Shown in pieces: positions 46,831 to 59,492 of a DNA stretch of 64,000 bases (positions are counted from its first letter, which is position 1; the number at the start of each line of letters is the position of its first letter). The notes beneath the pieces are model-generated. The model did no database searches. It saw only the letters and a program-made list of their open reading frames with translations, and was not told where the DNA came from. The translations under genes and the position numbers were made by a program. This DNA is from Setoptus koraiensis (lineage: Eukaryota > Animalia > Arthropoda): the NCBI GenBank assembly GCA_048013815.1, contig CM106586.1, forward strand, positions 5,394,001-5,458,000. The letters run 5' to 3'.

Positions 46831-49800
46831 CTTGTTTTGTGTTTGCGGTTGGCAGTTTCAAAGAAATAGTTTCATCATATTAAATAAATAAGGATATGTG
46901 ATGCTAATATTGAACTTGTTAGTATGATTGAAATGGATATAGCTATATATGAATGCTGTGCAAATCAGGTCGACATGACGTTAATGAAATAAGTGAAATG
47001 AATTTCTATGTCGGAGCATCACCCATCGGAGCAAAGTCTTGTTTGCTTTTCCATTATTGACTGATCAGTTGAGGTTGCGCGTAGGAAATTTGATGATACC
47101 TTGATTGAAATTAAAAGAAAAATGTACGCGTCTAAATGGCCGGAATTACGATGAAGATGTTGAGTAAAAATCAGCTATCAAGGGGATATGAAATGTTTAT
47201 AGTTGACATCCAATAAATAAAGTCAGCAACAAGAGAGGATTTTGCTGCAGTGAAATTCAACAACAAAAATAATAACAGTGAAAGCAACGTAATCAAATGG
47301 TCGTCAGATGAACCAACAAGAAAATTTGCGACGAAAAGGGGGTAGCACACCCGCATTTAATACAGTCTATACCCGCCGTTGGGGGAACAGAATAATTAGG
47401 TTTCGGTAGACGGTGGCACGTTCGTTCCTGTGTGTGTGTGTGAGTGCGGTGATGCGCTTATTCCTGTCCCTTTTGTGTCGCTTATCTAAAGCCCGGGCAA
47501 AACTGTTGTGACTACACAGTGCTGCTGCTGCAATGACTGTGTGTTTTCTCTATGTTGTTGTTGTTCGTCATCGTTGGATATCAGTAGTTAGAGAACTATT
47601 GGATCGATATAGATCGAAGAATACAAAAAAGGGGGGATTGATTTGACAAACAATTTCGCTACGAGGTTATCCTTGAATGCATGACGAATGAATCGACATA
47701 ATTTCACTAGCGATTTGGCATGTCTTTCTTTTTACTGTCATGTTTGTCGGGTCATTTCAAGATTATTTTCATCATCTCGTAGGTGCTAATTTACTTGTGC
47801 TTTGAAAAAACAAAGCAATTCTAATATTCATCTCCGGACATCAGGAAGTGGGGCAGTTATAAAGCGACGAGGGGAGAGAAAGAATTTGGAGCCGCCGAGT
47901 CTGGCGCTCAAAAGATATGAGTGATCTAGCGGTTAGAACAATTTTTGTTGCCACTAAGCTATCGACATAATATTATTATGTATACATATACAACTTGAAA
48001 GCGATCTGGACAGCACACCGACTCAGAATCAAACTAGATCAGCGTGAAGTCCACTAGTCGACAAAAGAAACTCAAGTTCTCTTTAGAACCGACACCATCC
48101 AAAGCTGCTAGGAAGTGGTAGTTAGTGCAAATCTGTCCAATCGAATCAATTAGTTTGTGATTGTCAGCCTCGAGTCTACCTCAAAATCTCTCTTAGCATG
48201 TAGCTAAACTATAATTGTGAGTGGTCAAGGGACGCAGGGACGGAGAGCAGGACGCTTAACGATTAGTCTTTCTTGTTTTGGTAATGGGCTAAGGCATGAA
48301 CTTGAAGCAATTTATTCCATCTCTAGTATCGATAAATCAAGCGGGCAAATCTAACAGGTTACACTTTGGAGTGTAACTTGCGAAAGTGAATATGTAATAA
48401 ACAATTTTCTTTCCCTCCATTATTACATTAGACAGTCTAGAATTCGTATACAAATGACACAACTGGCTGGTATTTGCATGACCAACTCTTTTGTAGCCCA
48501 TTCTCCATCTACATATGTGGCGTTTATTTGCAGGTCACAAATATGACATAATGGAGGGAAAATTTGTAATGGTGGCAGTTGCAGCAAATGTTGTAGTGGT
48601 TTTACCGTATAGCTGTTTTATGAAGTTTAGAAGTAGTTTAGCAAGATTGCTACTAGCCGAGTCTTTATCACTTTTCGGAATTCAACAATATTCTAAATTG
48701 GTTGGTTTGGAAATACTGGTGGACAACTCACCTAGGCTATCTCATGCCATGATCATGAACACAATTACACCCTATTATTAAAGATAGACAGGGTGGTAGA
48801 CTTCTGCGAGAAAAAAAAAGTAGAGAATTTTTTCTCTTCAAATCTTTATGAAATCAAATGCCACTCTGAATAACAATCATTATGTTTAGCATTATCTGTT
48901 TTGCGATCCTGATTGTTGTCCAATAAATGTCCACTCTGATACCACACATCCAATATGCGCTATCACACTTCTGCCTGTAATAGTCTTACCTAAGTATAAT
49001 GGACACTACACAGATGCAGCTGGATAGAACTGGGCTTCTGCCACCGATGATGACAAAAAAAATGTGCGAACACATTCGCTGCAAAAACCTCAATGGTCAA
49101 TTTGTACAGGCGGAGAGAAAGATTGTTCAACTTCGAGCACATACGATATTTGAAAAACATGGATGGCACTACTTTCTCTATCTATCTTGCTGATTTGTTA
49201 TGGCCATTGTTCCGCTACTTGGCAGCCAAAACGTATTCTTATTGAGTTACCACTATGTATTATCAGGAATTTATAATAGCACTGCTATTAGTACTGCTAT
49301 TGCTCTTGGATTATTCGAAGCTATTTATTTGCATCAAATTCTATTATCTAGTAACCTTTAGAATGCACCATGCAACGAGACGCAGCGGTATTAGTCAACA
49401 TCTTGAATCTAATGACCATAGAATCAATAGGTTGTACGATGGTATTGCCTAATCTGCAAGTGGTCGATGACGGACTTGTCATCTTTTTTGTCAAATGAAG
49501 TTTATTTTTGCATGGTGTGCGCACTGCTGTGGCCCCTAAGTAAATATTCTGATTTGAAGATCGAATGTATTGTATAAGACAGGCTATAATCTAAAGAGAT
49601 TGCGTACCTCAATAGGTTGCGAGAAGCATGACTACAGAGCCCTGGCTCCGACATTAAAAAAAGTGAAACAAACTATTGGTTGTTTTGCCGCCATACTTGG
49701 AAAGGGTTGATCACCACCAATACACTTGAAGTGGGTTCTTTCTCAATCGTAGATCCAACCGCCGTCTCTAAGTCACTCATTTGAGGAAGTGGGTCAATTT

Positions 49801-50494
49801 TCTCGCTTTAATAATTCTGCTCCAGCCAACAATTCCTGGCAAGTTGGGTCTAACTATGTTTACTAACAAACTGTTGGGTGATAATGATAACACTGGCATG
49901 GCAACTGTGTTATCCGCATGGATTTTGTCTTGCAGAAGTCGTATGAAGTGTCGTTTCCACCTGTAATACAAGCGCTCCCTCTATGTGTCGCCTCGAACTA
50001 AATCTGATGTGACCATGAGCGGACAAGCACACACAAATAAGCACAGACAAAATAGAGGTTGTGCAATTTTCGTTGAGTCAGTGGTTTTATTTCAGGCTTG
50101 TGTTCGCTTCATTTTGCTTTTTATTCGGACACACATTGTTCTGGGTGTACAGAATCAGTAATATTTGTGCGGCTCAATCTGATACTAATGCATTGTGAAA
50201 GTAGGCGTAGATGGCAGCAGTGCAATGGCATATATTTTGTTCGACCACCTGATAATGTGTGTCTGCATGATGCTCAAACCGAAGCCTCAGTGTGTGTCAG
50301 TGTCGGTTTACGTGAGCGTTCGATGCGAGTGTCGCCAGCTCCTTATTTTGGGGGCAGTCGCGATGGAATGAATTGCCTGAAAAATCGGACCAGCAATGGT
50401 CAGTGTATTGGCGAGCTACTGATACTGACACCGACTAAAATATTGCGTAATATTGGTTGAACATGCCGCCCACCGCCATCGAATTTTTGGAAAA

Positions 50495-50526
<32 letters not shown>

Positions 50527-50528
50527 AC
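50495..50528. repeat. (AC)n microsatellite upstream of the lipase gene
   Basis: Direct reading. Confidence 0.9.
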
Positions 50529-51770
50529 AGGGACAAGTGGACAGACTTGAGCACAGGTACATATGCAGTCGCACTGCAAATGTGTAACCGAGCTTCCACA
50601 CGCACCAACAAAGTTGCATCGGCAGCATTGGCACATATAGAACTTTTCAGCACACACGACATCATCGCACTCACACCCAGCCTGCAAAATGTTCTCTTTC
50701 TCTCCTCCTGCTTCACACAAGTCTAGCAATTACATTCGCCTGCCGCCATTTGCAGGCTGCTCTCTAAAGTTCTACTGTAGCGAATATTCTATTTTATTTT
50801 ATTTTGTTGCATTTTGTTTTTATTCATCACCGACGTGAAAATGCAACAAATTTGTTGACACATTATTCGAAAAATAACATTCGCTCATCGCAGATGGTAA
50901 ATATTCGGCAAAATAGGTTCGACGACGCCTGTGTTTGATTGAATGTGTTCTATATGTTTCAATGAGAGAGAAAGGGAGACGAGATCATCGGTGAGTAAAA
51001 GTTGTCCAACGAGTGAACATGTGAACTAATCGACCCTTAACCAATCGTGAGATACAGCACACGAAATTGAGAAGACTCAAAGAAAGTTCGACACAGCATC
51101 CACCAATCTCATGCACAAACATTCTATTTATTCAAATCGTTTCGCACAATCATCAATTGCAAAATTACATCGGCCAAATTCAAGTTTATACCTTGTTGAT
51201 CATCATGTTTGATTGAAAATATACACAAAGCGACGACCAACGTAACCTGTACCGATTTAAATTAATTTAATTATTATTATTACATTAGGAACTCCTGTAC
51301 GCGCATACAACGCATCATTCCATCGACGGATAAAACATAGATGCTTAATGATAATAAGGTATTGAGGAAATCGGTACAGCACCGGTTGATACTGTGATTC
51401 CACTAGAGGCTTTACACGAGTAACAACAACGAACAAGCCAGCAAATCCATAATTCTAATCTAGTGAGCATGTCCATGATTGTGCTAATTTAGACTGCAGT
51501 CGTTTCCCCGCAACCATCGCCACTTGTCCCCGACATCAAGCAATGACAACACTGCCAGCTCAACAGCTTTACTATACATGCAATCAGCGATAGAACTAAG
51601 CAATCTGATTTATCTATATCGGCACACATCTAATATGCCGATTGGGTCTCAAAACTGTTCCGATAGCAAAGAGCGTTGATTGTTTGGGAGTACTTCGAAC
51701 AACAAACCAGATCATTTTCAATTGACCAACCAACACACACCAGTGACTAGACACAAACGAAGAACATTAC

Positions 51771-54700
51771 ATGATACCTTGCGTGTTATTTATTTTGTTT
51801 ATAAAAAATACTAGAGTTTATCTGTTATATCTTATTTATTCATTATCAATCGCGATAGCAGCAACAGCAACGTCACCACCTCAACATCCGGCCATCCTAA
51901 TAGAAACACCAAACCAAACAGAGGTTTCAACTATCCTGTCTGGCACCTTTTCTTCTCTGACACCACCGATCACCAAGTCGGCATCACAAGCTACTGATGA
52001 CTCTGTCAATGGACCGCCACTATCAACAGCTTCAACATCAACACTTTTGTCGACACTGTCCATCTCAAATGCCACAAACAGCAGTGAAAGCGCCAGCTCT
52101 CATGCGGCGCTTATTGGTCAACTTACCACACCAACAACGGCCAATGCGCAACAACCACCGAATGAGTCAGGAAGTCCAACAAAATTGGCAGGTATCAACT
52201 ATACAAATCTAGTCCCACTCAAGCTGTACAATCAACAAAAAGCGGCTCAGGTGAATTTGATACGCATATCTGACCAAAATGAGGATGAATCTGGACAAAC
52301 TCATGATTCATCGGCCATCAGCAGCAACAGGCCAACCTATGCGCCCACTACAAGCGCCATTACAACTCGGCCCACCTCTATTTCGCATACAAGTTGGACT
52401 AATACAGAACAACAGCCAATTCAATTCCACAGTAATCGAGACACACCATCAAGTTCGTTGCAACAAGTTCATCAACATCACACAGACACTCAGTCACGAC
52501 AACAATCGCCATATGTACAGCACACGGGAGGAAAGGAAACACTTGATGTTAAGACTAAAGAGCCGTCGGAAATAACTACTGGCTATCCAACGATTAAAGT
52601 AAACAACAACGACAGCAATGATGATTACAATGAAAGTGACGATGCAACTGCAACTACCACCACCTCCACTACTTTATCTGAAACTATACAAAATCATCAG
52701 CAACAACACACAGTTACACTGACACCAGATATAGGCACAACAGCTACGATTTCTTTATTTGATTCGAGATTGTCGTTAGTACATCCAGATGCACGATACC
52801 ACACAACCCCTGACAATGGTCAAGCCAATATATTAACTTCAACACAAGTTCCATCTAACAACTACTATTCTCGACAGCCATCTATAGTGATTAGCAATAT
52901 TCCGAATAATATAATTCATAATTTTCCAACCACAACAAACGAAATCTTCGCAGATAATTCCAAGATCTCTCTTGCAGAAAGTTCTCAAGGCTCTAATGTT
53001 GGTTTAGAACCTACAAAAATGATTAATAACTCACATTTCTCTAATCATGATAGCGGCAACAAAAATATCAATTCAACTACATCCAGCAATAATCTACTCA
53101 CTCAGATCACGACTAAACCAAGTTCATTCTATTTTAGCAGCAACAACTCTTCGTTGTCCCCAGATGCAAGAAGTCTTTGTGTGACAGCAGCATATTTGTG
53201 TGTCATATTTGTAAATAAAACTTTTGATGAATGCGATCAAAACTTATGCAGTTCAAGCATCGTTGATATAAGTAGCGATATATTAGATGAGGAAACTTTG
53301 CAACAGGTAATCAATCGGATGCCCGAAGAAAAGTTTGCCGTGGTCGAACTCAAGAGCGATATACATCCATTGTTGTATCATCAAGAATCTATTTTGACGT
53401 TTTCTCCCGCATCGACAAATGAAAAATATATCCAAAAGGACGAAAAACCGCCACTTCATCAGCAACAACGACAACAACAGTTCCCTGGTATGATAGTTGA
53501 CGAAAATAAGCAACAACTGCAGCACAAACACGATTTCTTTAAACAATCTCATAATAACCATATACTCACACCCATGTACTCTAAATCAAAGTTAGACTCG
53601 TACAATAATAATGAAAGATTTCTCGAGCAGCAAACTACTATTGCTCCATTACAGTCTCAGAGTCCAAAGATGGAACTGCAGCAACAAGAGTTGCAGTCCG
53701 ATTCAATTCTTGGTTGGATACCAATCACATTACCACCACTATCGTCCCTAGGATTGTCCTTATTTCCATCGTCGTCCTTTCCTGGTGATCGAACGAGACA
53801 TTCGCAGCATCAATATGCGGATCCATTATATCCGCGTCGACATCTAGACAATCAACTTCGTATTCACAACGGGCAGACTCATAACATACTGCAACAGCAA
53901 GAGAGTAAGCCCAATCAAGAGTTCTACCTAGATTTCCCTTTGAACGATAATACAGAAGTAATGGTTGGTGGTAATGGTGAAGAAAAGGCATTAAAGAAAG
54001 TCAAGAAAACCACCAACGGAGACAGTGATAAAGCCATGTCAAGCTCAACGGCGACAAGAATACTAACGACTCACAAAAGACCGCATCAACAAATAGCAGA
54101 CAAATATGAATCAGTATCGAGTACTTTGAGTGAACTTCTATCTGGCTCTTTAATACATTCTCAATCAGCTCCAGCGAATATGATTGGCTCTAACAGTGCC
54201 GATATTGATTCTGAAATGACGAATGAAGGAGGCAATATCAACAATAAGCCTGTACAGTTGGTCAATATAAAGAACAAAAATTTGCATCAAAATACAAAGC
54301 ACCGCCTAAAACCAATGCAACCACAAACATCGGCTTCAATGTTTTCATCCATGAGTAACCAAGCGACAAAAATCCCATCCATCAGTTTCCTAAATAAAAA
54401 CAATGATATGGTCTTGCAGTCAGCGATTCCTGACGACAGTGTTGTATCTCATGGAAACAAATGCCAAACCACTAATGAAAATTCAGGCAGTCCCGAATCT
54501 AGTAATACAAATTGCAATAAATGCGACACTATTCCCGCCACAAGTGCCTCAACTCATTCCAACCAAGCAAGTGTATCTATCAAATCATTACCAACAGAGG
54601 TTATGTTCACTCTCTACACAAGACGTAGTGGAGACTCAAATCAAAACAAGAATGAGGCTTCCAGCTATAGCGGAGATGTTTTAGATCTAAATAACGATAC

Positions 54701-56087
54701 GACAATCGAACAGTCGCATCTCAATAGAAGCTATCCTGTCAAGTTTATAATACATGGCTTTGGTAGTGGTGGAAAAAGACCGTGGGTAATGGACATGGCT
54801 TATAAACTGCTTGATTTTGATAAAGTAAATGTGATTGTGGTCGATTGGGAGAAGGGAGCGGTTTTACCCAACTACGTCCAAGCGGCCAGTAATACAAGAT
54901 TTGTTGGTCATCGAATCGCTTGCCTTATAAAAAAGATTAATTCAAAGTTTGGTCTATCCGGCGACAATTACCATCTCATCGGCTTCTCTTTGGGGGCACA
55001 TGTTGCAGGTTATGCAGGTATGGAAATAAGAAACTCTACCAACAACAGTAAACATTGGATCAATAGAATTACTGGACTAGATCCTGCTTCGCCTCTATTC
55101 GAAGGTTATGATGCTTATCATAGACTTGACCCAAGCGATGCCCAGTTTGTCGACGTGATACATTCCAATGGCGATGGAGTTCTAAGGGGTGGCTTGGGAT
55201 CGCTGCAGCCGATGGGACATGTAGATTTCTATCCGAATGGTGGTAGAGTGCAAGTGGGGTGCAATAGTGTGATAGTAAGCGCTCTGTCAGATATAATTTA
55301 TGGTAAATGGCAGACATTATGCAATCATAGGAGAGCTTTGAATTTCTTCATGGATACACTTGAAACCAATAGTTGCAAATTCAGATCTTTTAATTGTGAA
55401 TCTTATGAGAGCTATTTAAGAGGCGAATGTTTCGAATGTGGCATAAATCGTGAAAAATGTTCAGAAATGGGATATTCTACAGATAGGACCGAGGGCAGAG
55501 GTAAAATGTATCTGACGACAAGTGAAACAGGACCTTTTTGTGCGAACCAATTTGTAATAAAGCTCATTGGAACAAGTGGTTACTCTACATATTGGGGAAA
55601 AGTTGAGGTCGTCCTTCTAACAAACGACGGAAGAAATGAAACCTATTCACTTTCAGCCACCAATCAAGTTGGAGATGAAAACAATGATGACTATGTTGGT
55701 CATGTGCAAAGTTTGATAGTCGCCCAAGCTACATTGAATAATTTTACGCAAGTTCTTTTACGCTACACCAAGTATAAAGGATGGATCTATAGTGGTCAAG
55801 AGAATTGGTCGATTGACAAGCTTTATATCACTGATAGTGAAGGTCAAGTAAAGTCATACTGCGGTTATAATACACTTCTCGGAAGTCAACTATTAACCAA
55901 ACTGAGACTTGAATCTCATAACTGTACAATCGAGATACCTACGAGTAATGCAAAACAGCAACAATATCTTTCAAGCTCCACTCAGATAGCCGTCACGCAA
56001 CATCCAATCACCACCAGATCAGGAAGATTTTTTTGGTTGAGTCATGGCTCGATGAACGCTCAGCATGGATCGACAAATATTTGGTAG
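51771..56087 (+). CDS. Pancreatic-lipase-family protein with PLAT-like C-terminus and a ~940-aa Ser/Thr/Gln/Asn-rich N-terminal extension (1438-aa ORF)
   Basis: FIIHGFG, VIVVDWEKGA, nucleophile GFSLGAHVAG, ITGLDPASP, DAQFVDVIHSN, GHVDFYPNGG, CNHRRA. Hydrophobic N-terminus. The exact start and possible in-frame introns are unverified. Confidence 0.88.
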   Translation: MIPCVLFILFIKNTRVYLLYLIYSLSIAIAATATSPPQHPAILIETPNQTEVSTILSGTFSSLTPPITKSASQATDDSVNGPPLSTASTSTLLSTLSISNATNSSESASSHAALIGQLTTPTTANAQQPPNESGSPTKLAGINYTNLVPLKLYNQQKAAQVNLIRISDQNEDESGQTHDSSAISSNRPTYAPTTSAITTRPTSISHTSWTNTEQQPIQFHSNRDTPSSSLQQVHQHHTDTQSRQQSPYVQHTGGKETLDVKTKEPSEITTGYPTIKVNNNDSNDDYNESDDATATTTTSTTLSETIQNHQQQHTVTLTPDIGTTATISLFDSRLSLVHPDARYHTTPDNGQANILTSTQVPSNNYYSRQPSIVISNIPNNIIHNFPTTTNEIFADNSKISLAESSQGSNVGLEPTKMINNSHFSNHDSGNKNINSTTSSNNLLTQITTKPSSFYFSSNNSSLSPDARSLCVTAAYLCVIFVNKTFDECDQNLCSSSIVDISSDILDEETLQQVINRMPEEKFAVVELKSDIHPLLYHQESILTFSPASTNEKYIQKDEKPPLHQQQRQQQFPGMIVDENKQQLQHKHDFFKQSHNNHILTPMYSKSKLDSYNNNERFLEQQTTIAPLQSQSPKMELQQQELQSDSILGWIPITLPPLSSLGLSLFPSSSFPGDRTRHSQHQYADPLYPRRHLDNQLRIHNGQTHNILQQQESKPNQEFYLDFPLNDNTEVMVGGNGEEKALKKVKKTTNGDSDKAMSSSTATRILTTHKRPHQQIADKYESVSSTLSELLSGSLIHSQSAPANMIGSNSADIDSEMTNEGGNINNKPVQLVNIKNKNLHQNTKHRLKPMQPQTSASMFSSMSNQATKIPSISFLNKNNDMVLQSAIPDDSVVSHGNKCQTTNENSGSPESSNTNCNKCDTIPATSASTHSNQASVSIKSLPTEVMFTLYTRRSGDSNQNKNEASSYSGDVLDLNNDTTIEQSHLNRSYPVKFIIHGFGSGGKRPWVMDMAYKLLDFDKVNVIVVDWEKGAVLPNYVQAASNTRFVGHRIACLIKKINSKFGLSGDNYHLIGFSLGAHVAGYAGMEIRNSTNNSKHWINRITGLDPASPLFEGYDAYHRLDPSDAQFVDVIHSNGDGVLRGGLGSLQPMGHVDFYPNGGRVQVGCNSVIVSALSDIIYGKWQTLCNHRRALNFFMDTLETNSCKFRSFNCESYESYLRGECFECGINREKCSEMGYSTDRTEGRGKMYLTTSETGPFCANQFVIKLIGTSGYSTYWGKVEVVLLTNDGRNETYSLSATNQVGDENNDDYVGHVQSLIVAQATLNNFTQVLLRYTKYKGWIYSGQENWSIDKLYITDSEGQVKSYCGYNTLLGSQLLTKLRLESHNCTIEIPTSNAKQQQYLSSSTQIAVTQHPITTRSGRFFWLSHGSMNAQHGSTNIW

Positions 56088-56363
56088 TTTATACTATAGC
56101 AGATTATTATTATTATCACCCTATACATGTTGACAAGTTATTACCTTAACACCGAGTGAAACTCGCATCTTCGCACCACTGTTTACTAACTAACTTTTCT
56201 TGATTGCCATTAAGGAAATCTCTTATTTTTCGTACTCTTTACAAAGGAAACGACAAAAATAATCAAAACACGAACCAATATTGTGAATTTTGAGTAGTGA
56301 AACGCAAAATTAGTTTATTCAGCTGTAGAGTGTTGATTTTAATAAAAATAAATTAGATTCAAC

Positions 56364-56964
56364 TTAGGCGGTAAGTTTAGATTTGATTGAGTGCGCTACG
56401 AAGAAGGAGGCTATAAGCAGCACGGTGGCAATAGTTTCTGCTTTGATCAATGGTCCTCCGCTTACACCATAATGACTGACTGAAATAGTCTTCAGTGGGG
56501 TGGCTTTAGCCTTGCCTTCGACTAAGTCTAGATATGATTTTTGGTCATAGATATTCATTTGAATCCACCTGCTAGAAGAACCTTTGATTTCTTCTATGAA
56601 GCTAACCTCGTAGAATTCATTTTTAGTTGCGGACCTGACGACAGGTAAGAATTGTCCATCTACTTCGGCGTATAATTTGGGTACTGTAGTACCTGGACTA
56701 CATCCTAATCTAAATGTAGACGTAACTCCAACCTTAGTTATGACAAGACCATCTGATGTTGAGTATGTTTTAGTTCCAGCGGAGTCTATATTGCAATCAG
56801 CTGTGATAGAAAATTGGCAGGATGAATTAAAGGAAAAAATATAGGTTAGAATAGTTCATCAAGTGACATTTTTAGAATAAATGGAGCTGCAGGTAAGGTT
56901 AGTTACCGATGACCATGGGTAAAATGACCAAAACAATAGTTAGAATGTATTTAAGAGGAGCCAT
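56364..56964 (-). CDS. SSR4: Translocon-associated protein delta (TRAP-delta), 164 aa. Exons 56964-56907 and 56800-56364
   Basis: Signal peptide MAPLKYILTIVLVILPMVI|ADC; YSTSDGLVITK, LYAEVDGQFLPV, IYDQKSY, TISVSHYG, PLIKAETIA plus TM and KSKLTA. Phase-1 intron 56801-56906. Mostly missing from the ORF track. Confidence 0.9.
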
Positions 56965-58258
56965 TTTGTCGGTGCAAGAGCCTTTCTCCTGAATTTGAGG
57001 TGTTAGTAGAATTTAATATCAGCTTTCAATGGAAATTGGTGTAGAAAATAATATGTTAGTAATAGTCCAATTGAAAATAATGGGATATTCAGAGCTAATA
57101 GCCGGCTTTTTATCAAATATTGATTTTTTTTTCAATTCTTATGTGTGCTGTGTCTGATGCAGCATCTGACGACAGGCAAGAGCCACTTCCACGTCATGCT
57201 GCAGCTGTTCCGCTTGTCTCGAACTACGCAGAGGGCGTGAACTAGTGACCGCGGTCACAGTAGGCGTGCCTTTCGCGCGACGGAACGCGGTTCAATGGTG
57301 AACATCGTGCATTATTCGGCACAGAAAGCTCGGATGAAAATCCGCTTGTGAGTATTTTTTTAATCTTGAATATCTTTGGGGGTCGAGAGTTTCCACTTGA
57401 GACTAAAAGCGTCACTTAGGCGTCCTTTCTATCCAGACAACGAAGGAGTGTTATTACTACGAAGGAGATAAAACTAACTCGGCAATAAAGTTACCTCTTC
57501 GCGCACTCCTCAGTCCGTCACAGTCAATAATTATCAGATATAACATAGATATTAAGAGAGTAAGAATTGTTTCCGGCATAAATAATGAGATTTTTGCTTG
57601 CATTTATCACGAGTAAAAGTTTGTTTTTACTGATAATGATCAAATTGGCATCATCTAGACAATACATAACTTGTTGCGACTTGACTAGAATCTATTGATT
57701 GCTCTGGCGTACGTTAACAGGATAAAGTTGTTATATTTGCTGCTCTTGAACTTCATCCTGTTTGTATCTGTTTCTCGGAACCCGCCCCTCTTCCAAATCA
57801 GGATTGTCATCGGTCAACATAGTGAAGCACAAATTTATTATTTCCCCAGAATATTTAGGATCATAGCGAAACAAAAGGCTATCTCCATACAATCTAGAAT
57901 GATGCTAACACTGATATGCTTGATATTGAATGTGAACACAATGAAGAGATTTGTTTACAACGTTACGATGACTTTCCATTGTGACTCGACTCCATGTCAT
58001 CGCCAATAACAAAATAATGATCCTCATGAAAGTTCCTGTACCTCAAATAGATCGATAGATTGATATTTTCTGATGCAGTTGTTGTGATGATAACATTTTT
58101 GTGTTTTGAACGAAAACTATTTTTTTCTTATATATATAAATGATAAATGGTTAAAAATTATTCGAAATTGATCAGTGCGAGAAAACTGAAACAATTCCCA
58201 ATAAACAGTTAGAACAATCACCAAAGTTAAACATTCATCTCGTGTAACAAGTATAGAG

Positions 58259-59492
58259 ATGGCACCGTCTGTTATACAATGTAAGGCCGTTGTTGCATGG
58301 GCTCCCGGACAGCCGTTATCAGTCGAAACTATTACAGTTGAGCCACCACATCAAGACGAAGTTCGTATCAAGATCGAATATACCAGTGTATGCAAAAGTG
58401 ATCTAACTGTCTGGAAAGGCAATATGCTTAACGGCTTTTTCCCCTGTGTATTAGGACACGAGGGAGCGGGAGTTATAGAGAGCGTGGGAGCGGATGTAAC
58501 AGAGTTGAAACCAGGTGACAAGGTTGTACCATTGTATATATCAGAATGTGGTAATTGTAAATATTGCAAAAATCCAAAGTTGAATATATGTACAAAAACT
58601 GAAATTTTCAGCGGCCGAACTATTGACGATGGTTCGTCAAGAATGAATTGCAAGGGAAAACCTCTCTGCCAATTTTTAGGCGTATCAACATTTAGTGAAT
58701 ATACTGTGGTGCCACAAAGAGCCGTTGCCAAGCTGAACGACGATGCCCCATTAGATCGCGCAGTGTTATTGGGTTGTGGTATCTCGACAGGTTTAGGGGC
58801 TGCGCTGAACACTGCCAATGTACAGAAAGATGAGGATGTTGTTATTTTTGGCCTGGGTACAGTGGGTTTGGCAGTTGCGCTAGGCGCTAAAATGCGTGGA
58901 GCCAGACGTATAATTGGAGTGGATATCGATGATAGTAAATTCGAGCTGGCTAAAGTTTTCGGCGTCAGTGAATTTATCAATCCAAACAAGTGCAAGGATA
59001 AACAGTTGCACGAAGTTGTACACGAGCTCACTGATGGTGGGGTAAAACATGCTTTCGAGTGTATCGGTCATCTCAAAATGATGGAAACGGCGTTCAACTG
59101 CACAGATATTGGTGGGGGTCAAACTATAATCATCGGCGTAGCAGGTAAGTAACCAGGATCGACAACTGATCCTTTGTTGATCAGTCTCTGTTAACACTGA
59201 TCCTCGCACACCTAACATCATCATATTCTTTTCATCGTGTCCAGAATCGATGCAAGATACGTTCAGTGTTAACCCCTTCTGGATCTCGGTCGGACGTGTT
59301 GTAAAAGGCTCGATTTTCGGTGGTTGGAGCGGCAAAAGAGACATACCCAAGCTCATGGACCAATACATGAGGGGTGAGCTATTGATTGATGAGTTCATAA
59401 CTCATCGACGTGAATCTTTAGACGTCATTAGCGATGTTTTTACACTGCTCAAGGATGGAAAATGTCTACGTTGTGTTGTGGCGGTGAAATGA
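58259..59492 (+). CDS. Zinc-dependent medium-chain alcohol dehydrogenase, divergent tandem paralog of ADH3/ADH5, 377 aa. Exons 58259-59144 and 59245-59492
   Basis: Catalytic Zn ligands (VCKSD, GHEGAG, LGCGIST), structural Zn CGNCKYC...C, GLGTVG Rossmann motif. Phase-1 intron 59145-59244 at the same position as in the neighbouring ADH5. Confidence 0.95.

Noticed and set aside
48327-48334. Perfect DRE motif TATCGATA
   Set aside because: Single 8-mer, not near a supported transcription start; expected by chance in 64 kb of AT-rich DNA.
47000-50100. 3-kb gene-free stretch between the BAX-like and lipase genes as a possible decayed transposon
   Set aside because: No terminal repeats, target-site duplication or transposase/RT motifs in the frames I inspected.
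50400-50729. Cys-rich 109-aa minus ORF resembling a metallothionein
   Set aside because: The Cys content follows from TG-rich and (TG)n sequence, the start codon is non-ATG, and all overlapping frames are equally open. More likely a leader region of the lipase.
58351-59031. 226-aa antisense ORF over the first ADH, and similar antisense ORFs over other genes
   Set aside because: Typical shadow ORFs of real CDSs; no independent evidence.
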